A DNA stretch of 64,000 nucleotides from Acidobacteriota bacterium. Lineage in GTDB: Bacteria > Acidobacteriota > Terriglobia > Acidiferrales > UBA7541. The position numbers were made by a program, and so were the translations under genes. The notes below the pieces were generated by a model that saw only the letters and a program-made list of their open reading frames with translations, had not been told where the DNA came from and searched no databases. Of this stretch, positions 26,549 to 36,971 are shown one piece after another (position 1 is the first letter of the stretch; the number at the start of each line of letters is the position of its first letter). The DNA is taken from positions 18,697 through 82,696 of the forward strand of contig JAJPIE010000029.1 of the NCBI GenBank assembly GCA_021324935.1, given 5' to 3'.

Positions 26549-27571
26549 TTAGTGTTTCAAATGCTTGTCGAAGTATTCCATGAAGATATCAAACGTCTTC
26601 TCCTGAATGGCATCCGGCTTGTAAGAGCCGTCCGGCTGGTTGAAGATGAAAACGTATCCGTGCACGGGATGATCGAAGCTGGCCCATTGCACATCCTTCC
26701 CTGCCTCTTTCATCCACTCATAGGTCAGCTTGAAGATTCCTTGCTGGTGATCGGTTTCGCGGCCAAAAATCAGTATCGGGGTGTGGATGCGTTCAATGCG
26801 CTCCATCGCCGCAGTCTTATTGGCGTTCTTTCGCGCGACTTCGATGTCGTTGTACTGAATTTCATTGTCTTTTCGCGGCGCGGTCGGCCCCGTGTTGACA
26901 CTGAGGAATTCGTGATCGGCAGGCTCAATGCAAACCCCCGCCCCGAACGTGAATTCGCTCGCCGCCTTCATGATCATCTCTCCGCTGTGGCTCACACCCA
27001 TCGCCCCCACGGCGTTCTTGTCCACGTACGGCAGCGTTTGCAGATACCGGATGACCGCAATCAGATCTTCATGATCGAGGGTCGGTCCGGATTTCAGCAT
27101 TCGGCGCTCGCCGCTAATGCTGTCCGGCAGATTTTGCGGCGGCTTGGAGCTTTCGTAGGCGTAGGGAATCTCATTCCTGTAGTTGACCGTTGCCACCACG
27201 TAGCCGCGCGCGATCATGCGATCCTGCATTTGCGTCAGCCGCTCGGAAAGGTCCTCCACCTTCTTCATCCCCTCGCGGCCTTCGCCCCATCCCATCGTGA
27301 TTACCGGAAATGGACCTTTTCCCTCCGGCTTGCGGACCAGGATCGGCACGTAGATTTCGTCGCGCGTCAGTACGAACGTGTAGTCGCCCGGCACCTTGGC
27401 TCCGGTGATTTGACTCCGTGACACGACGTACCCGTGGGATGAAATCGCTTCGGCGGGCGGCTTGCCAGTGCTGAGTTGCGCCTGGACCACGGCAGACTTT
27501 GAGGGTAAAAAGAGCGGAGCCGCCAAGATCGCACCCATCACCCACAAAACTCCCTGATAGTGAACGCGCAT
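26549..27571 (-). CDS. Secreted alpha/beta hydrolase (dienelactone hydrolase / peptidase S9-like)
   Basis: Signal-like N-terminus, KGPFPVI, nucleophile elbow GAMGVSHSG, C-terminal HPVHGY. Confidence 0.75.
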   Translation of the reverse strand: MRVHYQGVLWVMGAILAAPLFLPSKSAVVQAQLSTGKPPAEAISSHGYVVSRSQITGAKVPGDYTFVLTRDEIYVPILVRKPEGKGPFPVITMGWGEGREGMKKVEDLSERLTQMQDRMIARGYVVATVNYRNEIPYAYESSKPPQNLPDSISGERRMLKSGPTLDHEDLIAVIRYLQTLPYVDKNAVGAMGVSHSGEMIMKAASEFTFGAGVCIEPADHEFLSVNTGPTAPRKDNEIQYNDIEVARKNANKTAAMERIERIHTPILIFGRETDHQQGIFKLTYEWMKEAGKDVQWASFDHPVHGYVFIFNQPDGSYKPDAIQEKTFDIFMEYFDKHLKH

Positions 27572-27639
27572 ATCACACCTCCAGACCCAGAAATAAATTC
27601 GGAGCGGGCCTTGAATTAAGAGCTATTAAGCCAAGATTA

Positions 27640-27650
27640 TGGTTCTACCA
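27640..27650. promoter_or_regulatory. Candidate FadR-family operator
   Basis: TGGTTCTACCA matches TGGT-N3-ACCA in the divergent intergenic region 27572-27742. Confidence 0.45.
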
Positions 27651-27742
27651 CCTGACCTTTGCTCCGTCAATCTTTTTGGGCTATGCTCCCCTGTTTCGTT
27701 CTCCTCGAAGCTTAGTTCTATCCCGCGATCATTGGAGGTCCA

Positions 27743-28771
27743 ATGAAAAGTTCTTTATTCGCAGCTTCTGCAGCCCTGTTTTTCATGGCCGCGTCTGCTT
27801 GTTTGGCGGCTCAATCCAACGCGGCTCCAACTCCAGAGCGCCCTTTGGTTCTTACGGAGGCCATTCCAACGCCTGGCGTCCAAGGACGCTTTGATCATTT
27901 TGGCTTCGATGGCAAAAATCGCCTGTTTGTGGCCGCGCTTGGCAACAACTCGGTCGAAGTCATCGACATCAGTGCGCGCGTTCGCGACCGCTCGATCACA
28001 GGCATTCCGCGGCCGCAAGGAGTCGTCTACTCGCCCGAAGCAAAGAAACTGTTTGTGGCTAGCAGCCAGGGGCTTCTCCGCATTTTCGATGGCGCTTCCT
28101 ACAATCTGATCAAGGAGATCGATTTTCACGGCGACGTGGACAATCTCCGCTACGATTCCTCCACGCATCGCGTTTACGTTGGTTTCGGCGAGGACGAAAC
28201 CGGCGCCATCGGCATTGTCGACGCTCTCACCAACGAGCGGCTGCCCGAAGAATATATACTCGGCGCGCACCCGGAGTCTTTTCAGCTCGAATCGCAAGGA
28301 CCCAACATTTATGTGAATCTTCCCGATCTGAAGCAGATTGCCGTTATCAATCGCAAGACCGGCGCCATCACGCGCTGGCCCATGACGCTGGAACACAATT
28401 TTCCGATGGCCTTGGATGAAGCGGATCACCGGCTATTCGTCGTTACCCACGAACCCGCGCGTCTGGCCGTTTTTGACACTGCCTCTGGAAAAGCCATCGC
28501 TGAACTTGCTTGCGTGCAGGATGCCGATGATGTCTACTATGATGCCTCTCGAAAGCGTATTTACGTTTCCGGAGGAGAAGGCTACATCAGCGTGTTCCAG
28601 CAGTCCGACCCTGATCACTATGCGTTGCAAGCCAAGGTTCCCTCAACGCTCGGCGCACGCACTTCCGGCTATTTCGGGAAGGGGCAAAAGGGGTTCGACC
28701 GCTTTTTCATTGCCGTGCCGGCACGCGCGGATCACGGGGCAGAGATCTGGCTTTACACGGTCCAGGATTGA
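27743..28771 (+). CDS. YncE/YVTN-type beta-propeller secreted protein, second copy
   Basis: Signal peptide, GRFDHFG, RPQGVVY, HPESFQLE, DADDVYYD. RBS GGAGG. Confidence 0.85.
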   Translation: MKSSLFAASAALFFMAASACLAAQSNAAPTPERPLVLTEAIPTPGVQGRFDHFGFDGKNRLFVAALGNNSVEVIDISARVRDRSITGIPRPQGVVYSPEAKKLFVASSQGLLRIFDGASYNLIKEIDFHGDVDNLRYDSSTHRVYVGFGEDETGAIGIVDALTNERLPEEYILGAHPESFQLESQGPNIYVNLPDLKQIAVINRKTGAITRWPMTLEHNFPMALDEADHRLFVVTHEPARLAVFDTASGKAIAELACVQDADDVYYDASRKRIYVSGGEGYISVFQQSDPDHYALQAKVPSTLGARTSGYFGKGQKGFDRFFIAVPARADHGAEIWLYTVQD

Positions 28772-28904
28772 GACCGAAACTCCGGTGGAGCAAGATGTCT
28801 TCCGGGTGCCTGCCATTCAAGTCGACTGGACCTTGGAGATTTGGGGCAGGAGCACCGTCGATGATGCCAAACTCACACGGAAGAGCTTCACTTTCCACAG
28901 CTTA

Positions 28905-28919
28905 ATTGGTCAGTCCACA
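28905..28919. promoter_or_regulatory. Degenerate FadR/PdhR-type operator upstream of TonB receptor 2
   Basis: ATTGGTCAGTCCACA versus consensus ATTGGTC-N-GACCAAT. A promoter-like TTGACA (28984-28989), 18 bp, TACAGC lies downstream. Confidence 0.4.
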
Positions 28920-29071
28920 GTACCAATTCTTTTCCAAGGCTCTCGCTTATCACTTATTTTGCTTTGTAAAAGAAAGGAAATAGTTGACAATCTGCATCGT
29001 ATGATGGTACAGCGGCTATACCTATTGTGCGGGATTCTTCTCCCGAGCAGGGGATTTTACAGGGGTGTGTC

Positions 29072-32000
29072 ATGTTGAATTGTGTCAGTTTGAAAAAGTC
29101 CGTTGGGGTCATGGCTGTCTTCCTCGCGGTTCTTCTCTTCTCGCTCCCGGCCTTTCCTCAGGGCAACACCGGGCGCATCCTGGGCACGGTGACGGACCAG
29201 ACGGGTGGGTACATTGCAGGAGCAACGGTCACCGTCACCGACGTGGCGCGCGGCGTTACGCAAACGCTGACCACCGACGCGGATGGCGCATACGTCGCTA
29301 TAAACTTGATCGCGGGCACTTACACGGTGAAGGCGGAGTTCAAGGGTTTCAAGACCTTCGAACGGAAAAACGTCCTCGTGGAAGTCGGTAAGGACGTGCG
29401 CGTAGATCCCGTGCTGCAGACCGGCTCGCAGACGGAAACGATCACCATCACCGAAGAAGTCCCAATGGTCGACACCACTTCGACTACGCTCGGCGGTACG
29501 ATCAGCAACACGACTATCAATGAGATTCCCCTGAATGGCCGGAACTACCAGAACCTGCTGACGCTGCGTCCGGGCACAACGGTATATCCCGGTGGTGGCC
29601 CGTGGACGCAAACGACCAACGGCGCGCGCCCCGAAGACACCAGCTACCTGGTCGATGGATTGAGCAACGACGAATCGTTCATGGGCTTCAGCGTCACCAA
29701 TGCCGCTGCCGTCGCGGGCGATGCGGCCACGATCCTGCCCATCGACGCGATTCAGGAATTCAACACGCAGGTCAACCCGAAGGCGGAATTCGGCTGGAAA
29801 CCCGGCGCCATCACCAGCGTTGGTTTGAAGTCCGGCACGAACGAGATTCACGGTTCGGCTTATGCGTTCGGCCGCTCGGACGCTTTCGACGCCCGCAACT
29901 ACTTCAATCCTGTTGGCACTCCGCAGACGCCGGTGGAGCTCGAGCAGTACGGCGCGACGGCTGGCGGACGCTTCGTGAAAGACAAGGCTTTTTGGTTTGG
30001 CGGGTTTGAGAATCGCAATTACACCGTGGGGAATTCCATTCAGACGAATTCGCCGACCACAGTGTCGACGGGAAATCCAGCTATCAGTATTCCGGACGCA
30101 CTCGCCGGCCTTGCCGCACAAGGCGTACCCTTTAGCGCCCAGAGTCTTTACCTCCTTGGCTGCCCAGCCAACATCACAGCCCCGTACACTTCTTGCACAG
30201 GCGGGGCTTACGGTCCAAACGCTACGGGCGGCAAAACGCTAACTGGTGGATTCCCTGACGTAGATTCTTCGCGGAATGCTATCGGCAAAGTGGACTATCA
30301 CATCAATGAAAAGAACACGCTGAGCGGATCGTATTTCTTCGGGAACGACAACATCACCGCCGAGGATTCCCCTGAATTGCTTCCATCCTATGGCACAGTG
30401 ATCCACTCCCGGGCACAGGCTGCCGCAGGTCACTATGCATGGACTCCCAATGCTACGTGGGCGAATGACTTAAGAATCGGCTATACGCGCTATCATCTGA
30501 CAATCATTCCAGCGAACGTTGGCACATCGTATCAACTCAACACAGGCCTTGCCCCCGATGTTGTGTCTGTCGTTGGCGGGCTGCCCAACGTGCGCATCAA
30601 GGGTTTCACGGAACTTGGGGGATTCCACAATTTCCCAAAACTCGTCGGTCCGGACAACGTCTACGACTTTGTAGATCAGGTGTCTTACCTGAAAGGAAAG
30701 CATGCTTTCAAATTCGGCGGAGAGGCTCGCATCGATAAAGTTCTCCAGGGCACTTATCGCGGAGCCCGAGGGCGCATCGCGTTCAACGCGAACGGCCCCT
30801 TCAACGGCGCAACTCCTCTGGAAAGCTTCCTTGCTGGTATTCCAACCAATGCATCCATCCTGGCAGGCGATCCCATTCGTGACATGACGCAAAATCTGAT
30901 GGCGCTCTTCGCGCAGGACGACTGGCGCGTCTCTCGCAATGTCACCTTGAACCTGGGCGTTCGCTACGAACTGCAAGGCGTGCCGAGCGAAGCCAGCAAC
31001 CTGCTCGGAAACTGGGAACCGAACGTAGGCCTCGAACAGGTGGGCAAGAATATCGGCTCGCTCTACAAAAAGGATCCTACCAATTTTGCGCCGCGAGTCG
31101 GCGTCGCGTGGGATGTCACTGGAAACGGGACTACTGTGGTCCGTGCGGGTGCAAGCATCGTTTACGACCTTCTCTCCATGAGCACCTTCCTCTCGCAACA
31201 GGACACGAACAACACCGTTACCCTCGGTTCAAACGTGGTGCCGACCGGTGCCGCGATTCAGGTCAATGGCGTAACCACCCCGGGCATCGGCAATATCGTT
31301 GCCTCGGGTATCACCTTGCCAGCCTCTGAGCTGAACTGGAATGGCTCGTCAGTTGGGGGAGCAGGCATTTATCCTTCGAACCTGACCTCGCAGGTGGTGT
31401 GCGGGGACGGCAAGACGGTCAGCACCCCAACTGGTCCTGTCACTGACGCCGGTCCGTGCGACATTTTCGCGATGGATCGCAACTACAAGACTCCTTATGT
31501 AACGACCTGGACGCTGGGCATCCAGCATGCTTTTACCAACAAACTCTCGCTGGACGCCGCCTACGTCGGAAATCACGGCTCGCGGTTGACCGGTATTCAG
31601 GACTTAAACCAGCCCGCAGTTGGCTCCGGTTGGACGCCCGCTGCGATCGCCGCTGGCGCAGCCGATCCCAACGCGGAAGCCGCCGCACGGCCATACACCC
31701 TCAACGGGCAATACCCGTATCTGGGTTTCATCAACTACTACTCGAACATTTATCATTCAAACTACAACGGCCTGCAAATGACATTCACGGGCCGAAATTT
31801 CCATGGTCTTGACTTCGTCGCGGGCTATACCTATTCTCACGCCAACGACAACCAGTCCTACAACTGGAACCAATATCTGCCCCAAAACAGCGCTAGCCCG
31901 AACCTTGAATACGGTGCGAGCGACTTCGACATCCGTCACCGCTTCACACTTTCTGCCACGTACACGATTCCCGGCAAGAAGGGATACGGCCAGTTGCTGG

Positions 32001-32698
32001 AAGGATGGCAGGTCAACGGCATCTTGACGCTACAGACCGGCCAGCCGTGGCAAGCCTTTGACACCAGTAACGACTTCAGCGGCACCGGCGAATTTGCAGA
32101 TCGCTGGAACATTTATGGTTCACCCGCTAACTTCAAGTCCGGAGGCCAGGATTCCATCCCCCTCTGTGTGAACGGGGCTCCTGGCGGCTGCACTTATTCT
32201 AGTCCCGGCGGCACCGTGGCGCTCTCCAATCAGCAAACTGCTGCCGCTTGGACACAGTGTTTGGCATTCGCAAACGCAACTCCTGGCATGCTCTACTCCC
32301 TGAACACCGCCATTGCCGCGGGCACTGGCGGTTGCTACGTCAGTCGCAATGGAAAGTCGTTCCTGCTACCACCGGCAGTTGGAACGTTTGGCAATTCCGG
32401 CCGTAACATCTTCCGCGATACCGGCTTCCACAACTTGGACCTCTCGGTTTCCAAAAACTGGAAATTCTATGAGAGGCTGACGGTGCAATTCCGCGCCGAA
32501 TTCTTCAACATCACCAACCACCCGAACTTTGCGAACCCGTGGGGCGGCACGAGCGGCTTCGGCGCCGGCGCCACGGCCGATCCTTCCGTCGGTCCGTTTG
32601 GCTGCGGCTGCGCCACGCCGGACGTCGCGGCGGTCAACCCGGTGCTGGGCTCCGGCGGCATGCGGGCCATCCAGCTCGGCTTGAAGTTCCTGTTCTAA
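29072..32698 (+). CDS. TonB-dependent receptor (Oar-like, carboxypeptidase-regulatory N-domain)
   Basis: Signal peptide, GRILGTVTDQTG, IPLNGRNYQNLLTLRPG, PIDAIQEF, and C-terminal RAIQLGLKFLF. Likely ATG 29072. Confidence 0.92.
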   Translation: MLNCVSLKKSVGVMAVFLAVLLFSLPAFPQGNTGRILGTVTDQTGGYIAGATVTVTDVARGVTQTLTTDADGAYVAINLIAGTYTVKAEFKGFKTFERKNVLVEVGKDVRVDPVLQTGSQTETITITEEVPMVDTTSTTLGGTISNTTINEIPLNGRNYQNLLTLRPGTTVYPGGGPWTQTTNGARPEDTSYLVDGLSNDESFMGFSVTNAAAVAGDAATILPIDAIQEFNTQVNPKAEFGWKPGAITSVGLKSGTNEIHGSAYAFGRSDAFDARNYFNPVGTPQTPVELEQYGATAGGRFVKDKAFWFGGFENRNYTVGNSIQTNSPTTVSTGNPAISIPDALAGLAAQGVPFSAQSLYLLGCPANITAPYTSCTGGAYGPNATGGKTLTGGFPDVDSSRNAIGKVDYHINEKNTLSGSYFFGNDNITAEDSPELLPSYGTVIHSRAQAAAGHYAWTPNATWANDLRIGYTRYHLTIIPANVGTSYQLNTGLAPDVVSVVGGLPNVRIKGFTELGGFHNFPKLVGPDNVYDFVDQVSYLKGKHAFKFGGEARIDKVLQGTYRGARGRIAFNANGPFNGATPLESFLAGIPTNASILAGDPIRDMTQNLMALFAQDDWRVSRNVTLNLGVRYELQGVPSEASNLLGNWEPNVGLEQVGKNIGSLYKKDPTNFAPRVGVAWDVTGNGTTVVRAGASIVYDLLSMSTFLSQQDTNNTVTLGSNVVPTGAAIQVNGVTTPGIGNIVASGITLPASELNWNGSSVGGAGIYPSNLTSQVVCGDGKTVSTPTGPVTDAGPCDIFAMDRNYKTPYVTTWTLGIQHAFTNKLSLDAAYVGNHGSRLTGIQDLNQPAVGSGWTPAAIAAGAADPNAEAAARPYTLNGQYPYLGFINYYSNIYHSNYNGLQMTFTGRNFHGLDFVAGYTYSHANDNQSYNWNQYLPQNSASPNLEYGASDFDIRHRFTLSATYTIPGKKGYGQLLEGWQVNGILTLQTGQPWQAFDTSNDFSGTGEFADRWNIYGSPANFKSGGQDSIPLCVNGAPGGCTYSSPGGTVALSNQQTAAAWTQCLAFANATPGMLYSLNTAIAAGTGGCYVSRNGKSFLLPPAVGTFGNSGRNIFRDTGFHNLDLSVSKNWKFYERLTVQFRAEFFNITNHPNFANPWGGTSGFGAGATADPSVGPFGCGCATPDVAAVNPVLGSGGMRAIQLGLKFLF

Positions 32699-32724
32699 TT
32701 CACGCTTGAAGTCTGAGCTTTCCC

Positions 32725-32756
32725 GGGGCCGGACTTGTTCCGGCCCCTTCTTTTTT
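32725..32756 (+). terminator. Rho-independent terminator
   Basis: GGGGCCGGA / TCCGGCCCC stem plus TTCTTTTTT. Confidence 0.8.
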
Positions 32757-32806
32757 CGCGGTCGTACGGCAAGGCAAATTAAATCTGCGATGGAAAGGAC
32801 TTATGC

Positions 32807-33673
32807 GTGATGCGTGCCCGGACCAGAAAGTCTCTAGCTGTTGCAATCGTTTGTGTGTGTTTGTTAATCCCGTTTGCGGCAAGAAAAGCGAACGCCGCGG
32901 AAAGTGATTCCGCCGTTCTGCAGGCCGACCGGAAATTTGTGCAAGCCGCGGCGCTGGCGAATGCCTCGCTGCTGCATAAATACCTGGACGATGACTTTAC
33001 GTGGACCGACGCGGAAGGAAAAACGCTGACCGCCGCGGAAGTATTGCAGGCCGTTCCCAAACCGACGCTCGGCGACGAAAGTGGCATTGACGTCGCGGAA
33101 CGCACCTATGGCCAGGTCGGCGCCGTCTCAGCCAGCAAGGGCAAAATGCATGTCCTGCGGTTGTGGGTGCAGCGGCCCGGAGGCTGGAGATTGCTTGTCT
33201 ATCATGAGGTGAAACAGCTCGACGAGCCATCGAACGTGAAGGGCACGGGTGTGGCTGAATGCGAAAATCCCTGCAAGAGCGTGCCCTTCCAGCCTGCAAA
33301 CGCGGACGAAGCCGCGATCATCGCCTCCTGGCAAGCATTGGAAACGGCGGTAACACACCACGAGGCGGAAAATTGGGCCCCGCATATTGCCGACGAATTC
33401 GTGCAGATCAGTTCAAACAGCGACCACCCGATTTCCAAAGCCGGCCGCATGGAAACGCTGAATAAGCAGAAGCAAAGCGGCGTCGGCTCCGCGCCGTCTC
33501 CGCTGGTTTCCGCGAAGATGTTCGACTTTGGCGATGCGGTGATTATGACTTGTCTGCACCAGCCGCACACCGGCAAACCGGTGCACGTGAGCCGTTTGTG
33601 GATCAAGCGCGACGGCAAGTGGGTGATGTCCATCAGCTATCAGACAACCATTCAAGCGGGAGAGGCGAAGTAG
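32807..33673 (+). CDS. Secreted tandem DUF4440 (NTF2/SnoaL-like) protein, paralog 1
   Basis: Signal peptide, two NTF2-like repeats (LDDDFTWTDAEGKTLT; IADEFVQISS...HVSRLWIKRDGKW), and linker CENPCK. Confidence 0.8.
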   Translation: MMRARTRKSLAVAIVCVCLLIPFAARKANAAESDSAVLQADRKFVQAAALANASLLHKYLDDDFTWTDAEGKTLTAAEVLQAVPKPTLGDESGIDVAERTYGQVGAVSASKGKMHVLRLWVQRPGGWRLLVYHEVKQLDEPSNVKGTGVAECENPCKSVPFQPANADEAAIIASWQALETAVTHHEAENWAPHIADEFVQISSNSDHPISKAGRMETLNKQKQSGVGSAPSPLVSAKMFDFGDAVIMTCLHQPHTGKPVHVSRLWIKRDGKWVMSISYQTTIQAGEAK

Positions 33674-33750
33674 TTTCAATCTGGCAAAACTTTCGAATAG
33701 ACTCCGCCGTTCGAACGATTTGCCAATGTTCCGCGAGAAACATTCTCAAT

Positions 33751-34605
33751 ATGTTGCACTCTAGTTATCACAATCTCAAAATTTGCGTAAAAGTCGGCGC
33801 GCCGACATTGCTCTTGCTGGCCTTCTGCCTCGCGTTCGCCGGGACTGCGGCGGCAAGCGGCGCCGACATTTTGCTGCAAACCGATCGCACACTGATTGAA
33901 GCGTTCCAACAGAAGCAAGAGGCCGCCGCGGAAGCGCTGCTTTCGCCCAATCTTGCATGGATCGATTCCGCGGGCAGGCGGTTCACCCGCGCCGATGCCC
34001 TGAAAACCTTTCCGATGATCGCAAACGCCGATGTGAAACCCAGTGCTCGGATCTATGGCGATTCCGCGGTTCTATTCGCCAACCAGGGCAAAATGAACGT
34101 TCTGCGAGTGTGGTCGAAATCGCCGCAAGGCTGGAAACTGCTTCTCTATCAGGAAGTCCAGCAGGTGGAAAAGTCGGAACCGGCCAACAGCCCGCTTTTG
34201 GGCGAATGCGTAAATCCGTGCAAGGAAATCCCCTTTTCGCCGGCGACGGCTTCGGAAAAAGCCGCCATCGCTTCCTGGCAGGGCGTCATGAAGGCCATGG
34301 CGGAAAACGACGTGTCGGCGTATGCACCGCTGATCGCGGATGAATTCACGGCGACGGATACATTTCATGAACGGCCGTATACAAAAGCGGATCGACTCGC
34401 GCAAATTGAGAAGCAAAAGGCGTCCGGCAAACATAACGCCCCGCCGGAATTGGCCTCCGCGGACATGTACGATCTTGGGGAAACTGTACTGATGATTGCG
34501 AGGGAACAGCGGCGCGGCAGCAACGACTATTTCAATTCAAGGATGTGGGCGCTGCGCGATGGACGCTGGCAGATGCTCTTCAGTTTCAACACACGCATCG
34601 GCTAA
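33751..34605 (+). CDS. Secreted tandem DUF4440 protein, paralog 2
   Basis: LSPNLAWIDSAG, linker CVNPCK, IADEFTATD, WALRDGRWQ. Start uncertain: ATG 33751 chosen, ORF open from 33550. Confidence 0.75.
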   Translation: MLHSSYHNLKICVKVGAPTLLLLAFCLAFAGTAAASGADILLQTDRTLIEAFQQKQEAAAEALLSPNLAWIDSAGRRFTRADALKTFPMIANADVKPSARIYGDSAVLFANQGKMNVLRVWSKSPQGWKLLLYQEVQQVEKSEPANSPLLGECVNPCKEIPFSPATASEKAAIASWQGVMKAMAENDVSAYAPLIADEFTATDTFHERPYTKADRLAQIEKQKASGKHNAPPELASADMYDLGETVLMIAREQRRGSNDYFNSRMWALRDGRWQMLFSFNTRIG

Positions 34606-34620
34606 AACCACCAAATTGCA

Positions 34621-34650
34621 AAATAAAGGGGGCGGAAAAGGCTCCGCCCC
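34621..34650 (-). terminator. Terminator between convergent genes
   Basis: GGGGCGGA / TCCGCCCC stem with a TTTATTT tail on the minus strand. Confidence 0.6.
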
Positions 34651-34678
34651 ATGGAGAAGTAGTGAACTCGCGAGTCGC

Positions 34679-35845
34679 CTACGCGCTTTGGTAAAGCTTG
34701 GTCATCACGAACTCTCGATGCCCCAGAGCTTCCGCGCAAGTGAGCCGGCCATTACAGGTACGCAGCGTGATGTCGATCAGGCGGTCGCCCGCCTCATCGA
34801 GAGTCATCTCGCGCCGCAAGAGACCGGAGACATCGAGATCAATGTGCTCGCTCATGGTGCGCGCCGTTTTCGGGTTGGCGGTCAGCTTGATCACTGGCTC
34901 GATCGGATTGCCGATGACGTTGCCTTGCCCCGTGGGAAACAGGTGAACGACGAAGCCGGCCGCGGCCTGCAAGGTCACGCACTCCGCCGCAGCCGAGGAA
35001 GTATCCATGTAATAGAGGCCTGGGCCCTTGGCTGGCGGTTCCGCTGGTTTCAGAACGTCGATGAATTTCGTCTTCTTGCCGATTTTCTGGAAATTGCCGA
35101 AGGCTTTTTCTTCGATGGTGGTTAAACCGCCCGCAATGTTTCCTTTGGTGGGCTGCGATTCAGAAAGATCGCTGGTCTTGTGGCGCTCGATCACGTCCTG
35201 ATACGCGCGGAAGACCTGGAGGAACTTCTCGCCCACTTCTTTCGTGGCCGCGCGGCTGGCACAGACCATTTCCGCGCCGGTGAGTTCCGAGGTCTCGCCG
35301 AAGCAAGTGGTTGCACCGAGCGGATCGAGCTTATCGATCAGGTTTCCAACGGTAGGGCAAGAGCCGAGTCCCGAGGTGGTGTCGCTCTCGCCGCATTTGG
35401 TGGAAACAAACAAATCCTTAATGGAGCAAAGTTCGCGCTGCTTCTCGGTGGCCCACTGAACGAACTCGCGCGCCTTGCGCGAAGCGTTGGCAATCGTGGT
35501 GATGTCGCCGTTGCCCTCGATCGAAAAACCCGCCACCGGCTTTCCGGTTTTGGCGATCCCGTCCACGATGCGGCTGGTCCAGCCGGGTTCGATGCCGATC
35601 ACCACACAAGCGGCAACGTTGGGGTTGCACCCCGTGCCGATCAACGTGCGAAAGTGCAACTCCAGGTCCTCGCCGAACTGCAGGCGCCCGTAGGCGTGCG
35701 GCAATGCGAGCGTGCCCTTGATGTTGTTGGCCACGGCTTCGCAAGCCGCATTGGACAAGTCATCCAAAGGCAGAATCACCACGTGATTGCGAATGCCAAT
35801 TCTTCCGTTCTCCCGCTTGTATCCGTAAAAATCGTAGCGTCCCAT
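34679..35845 (-). CDS. suyB: UxaA-family hydro-lyase, (2R)-sulfolactate sulfo-lyase beta subunit-like
   Basis: [68 protein letters not shown] and C-terminal [14 protein letters not shown] closely resemble SuyB as I recall it. Confidence 0.75.
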   Translation of the reverse strand: MGRYDFYGYKRENGRIGIRNHVVILPLDDLSNAACEAVANNIKGTLALPHAYGRLQFGEDLELHFRTLIGTGCNPNVAACVVIGIEPGWTSRIVDGIAKTGKPVAGFSIEGNGDITTIANASRKAREFVQWATEKQRELCSIKDLFVSTKCGESDTTSGLGSCPTVGNLIDKLDPLGATTCFGETSELTGAEMVCASRAATKEVGEKFLQVFRAYQDVIERHKTSDLSESQPTKGNIAGGLTTIEEKAFGNFQKIGKKTKFIDVLKPAEPPAKGPGLYYMDTSSAAAECVTLQAAAGFVVHLFPTGQGNVIGNPIEPVIKLTANPKTARTMSEHIDLDVSGLLRREMTLDEAGDRLIDITLRTCNGRLTCAEALGHREFVMTKLYQSA

Positions 35846-35848
35846 CGC

Positions 35849-36133
35849 TCACCACCTTTTCGTTTTCATGTTGTGGACATGCACGTGATGCCCCTTGCCG
35901 ATTTCCGCGATGGCGCGGCCCACATCGTGGCCGTATTTGAGGATGGTGTCGCCGGGACGAATGTCGTTGAGGGCGATTTTGTGGCCCAGCGGCACCGGGT
36001 CGAGGGATTTGAGGGAGATAGTTTCATCCGTCTCCATGATCCAGCCGTTCAAGTCCGCGCCGGCTGGCACGTCTTCCACAACCATGACGCCGACGGTGTC
36101 GGCTTTGTCGTGCACAATAAAATGCGTGATCAT
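35849..36133 (-). CDS. suyA: SAF-domain alpha subunit of UxaA/SuyAB lyase
   Basis: FIVHDKADTVGV...GWIM...PLGHKIAL...KYGHDVG...HVHVHNMKTKRW. Confidence 0.75.
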   Translation of the reverse strand: MITHFIVHDKADTVGVMVVEDVPAGADLNGWIMETDETISLKSLDPVPLGHKIALNDIRPGDTILKYGHDVGRAIAEIGKGHHVHVHNMKTKRW

Positions 36134-36173
36134 TGCCCCTTCTCTTTCGTGGATTTACTAAAGCGCTTGCAAA

Positions 36174-36890
36174 CTACTGTGGAGATTCCTTCACCAGCAG
36201 ACGGTTGACTTCCGCCGCCGCTTTCTGCACGTCTTCGCGGATGGCCTGTTCGGCCAGCTTTGCGTCGCGCGCACGCACTGCGCGCAACATCACGCGAAGA
36301 TTCCGGATGCTCTCCTGTTGCCGCTCGAAGGAACGCTGCGGATGCGACAATCCTATAGCCCGCCAACGCCGGATGCGGCCATGCAACATGGCAATCATGG
36401 ACGACAGAGTCTGACTGCGCGCGCCGGCGAAGAGCACGTCGTAAAAAGTGTTCTTCATTTCCAAGATGCGTTCGGGATCGCCGGTTTCATAGGCATCGGC
36501 AACGCCACGCAGAGCTTCATCGAGTTGGTCCACCTGCATATCGCCGGCATGCTGGGTGAAGAGACGCGCCGCCAGCCCCTCCAAAACGGCGCGAATTGCA
36601 TAGAGATCCTGTGCTTCTTCCAGGGTCAACGCGCGCACGACCGGCCCCTTGTTCGGAATAATGGCCACCAGTCCTTCGGACTCAAGCTGCCGCAAAGCTT
36701 CGCGGATCACGGTGCGGGAAACACCCATCATGGAGATCAATTCGCGCTCGACAAGGCGCTCGCCGGGATTCAGCCGGCCGGAAATGATGGACTGGCGCAA
36801 CTCCTGAAGCACCTGGCGCCGGAGGGGAGCGGCGGCCTTGGGGATGGCGCCAATGAGGGAAGGACCTGAATGAGGGCTTGACTGTCTCAT
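36174..36890 (-). CDS. GntR-family (FCD) transcriptional regulator
   Basis: GRLNPGERLVERELISMMGVSRTVIREALRQL HTH plus FCD domain. Start at ATG 36890 or 36926. Confidence 0.9.
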   Translation of the reverse strand: MRQSSPHSGPSLIGAIPKAAAPLRRQVLQELRQSIISGRLNPGERLVERELISMMGVSRTVIREALRQLESEGLVAIIPNKGPVVRALTLEEAQDLYAIRAVLEGLAARLFTQHAGDMQVDQLDEALRGVADAYETGDPERILEMKNTFYDVLFAGARSQTLSSMIAMLHGRIRRWRAIGLSHPQRSFERQQESIRNLRVMLRAVRARDAKLAEQAIREDVQKAAAEVNRLLVKESPQ

Positions 36891-36971
36891 ATTCTCGTAA
36901 TACGGTACTATGGGTGGGCCATTCATGCAACTTTATTCTCTTATTCCCGCCCACTCTAATTCGAGGTTACC

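Noticed and set aside
33682-33725. Symmetric intergenic hairpin TGGCAAA...TTCGAA...TTCGAA...TTTGCCA
   Set aside because: Single copy with no U-tail. It is probably an mRNA-stabilising or weak terminator structure, with no evidence of a repeat family or ncRNA.
36896-36904. CGTAATACG mini-palindrome as the operator of the GntR at 36174
   Set aside because: Only 9 bp, no second copy found, and it falls inside the CDS if the ATG 36926 start is used.
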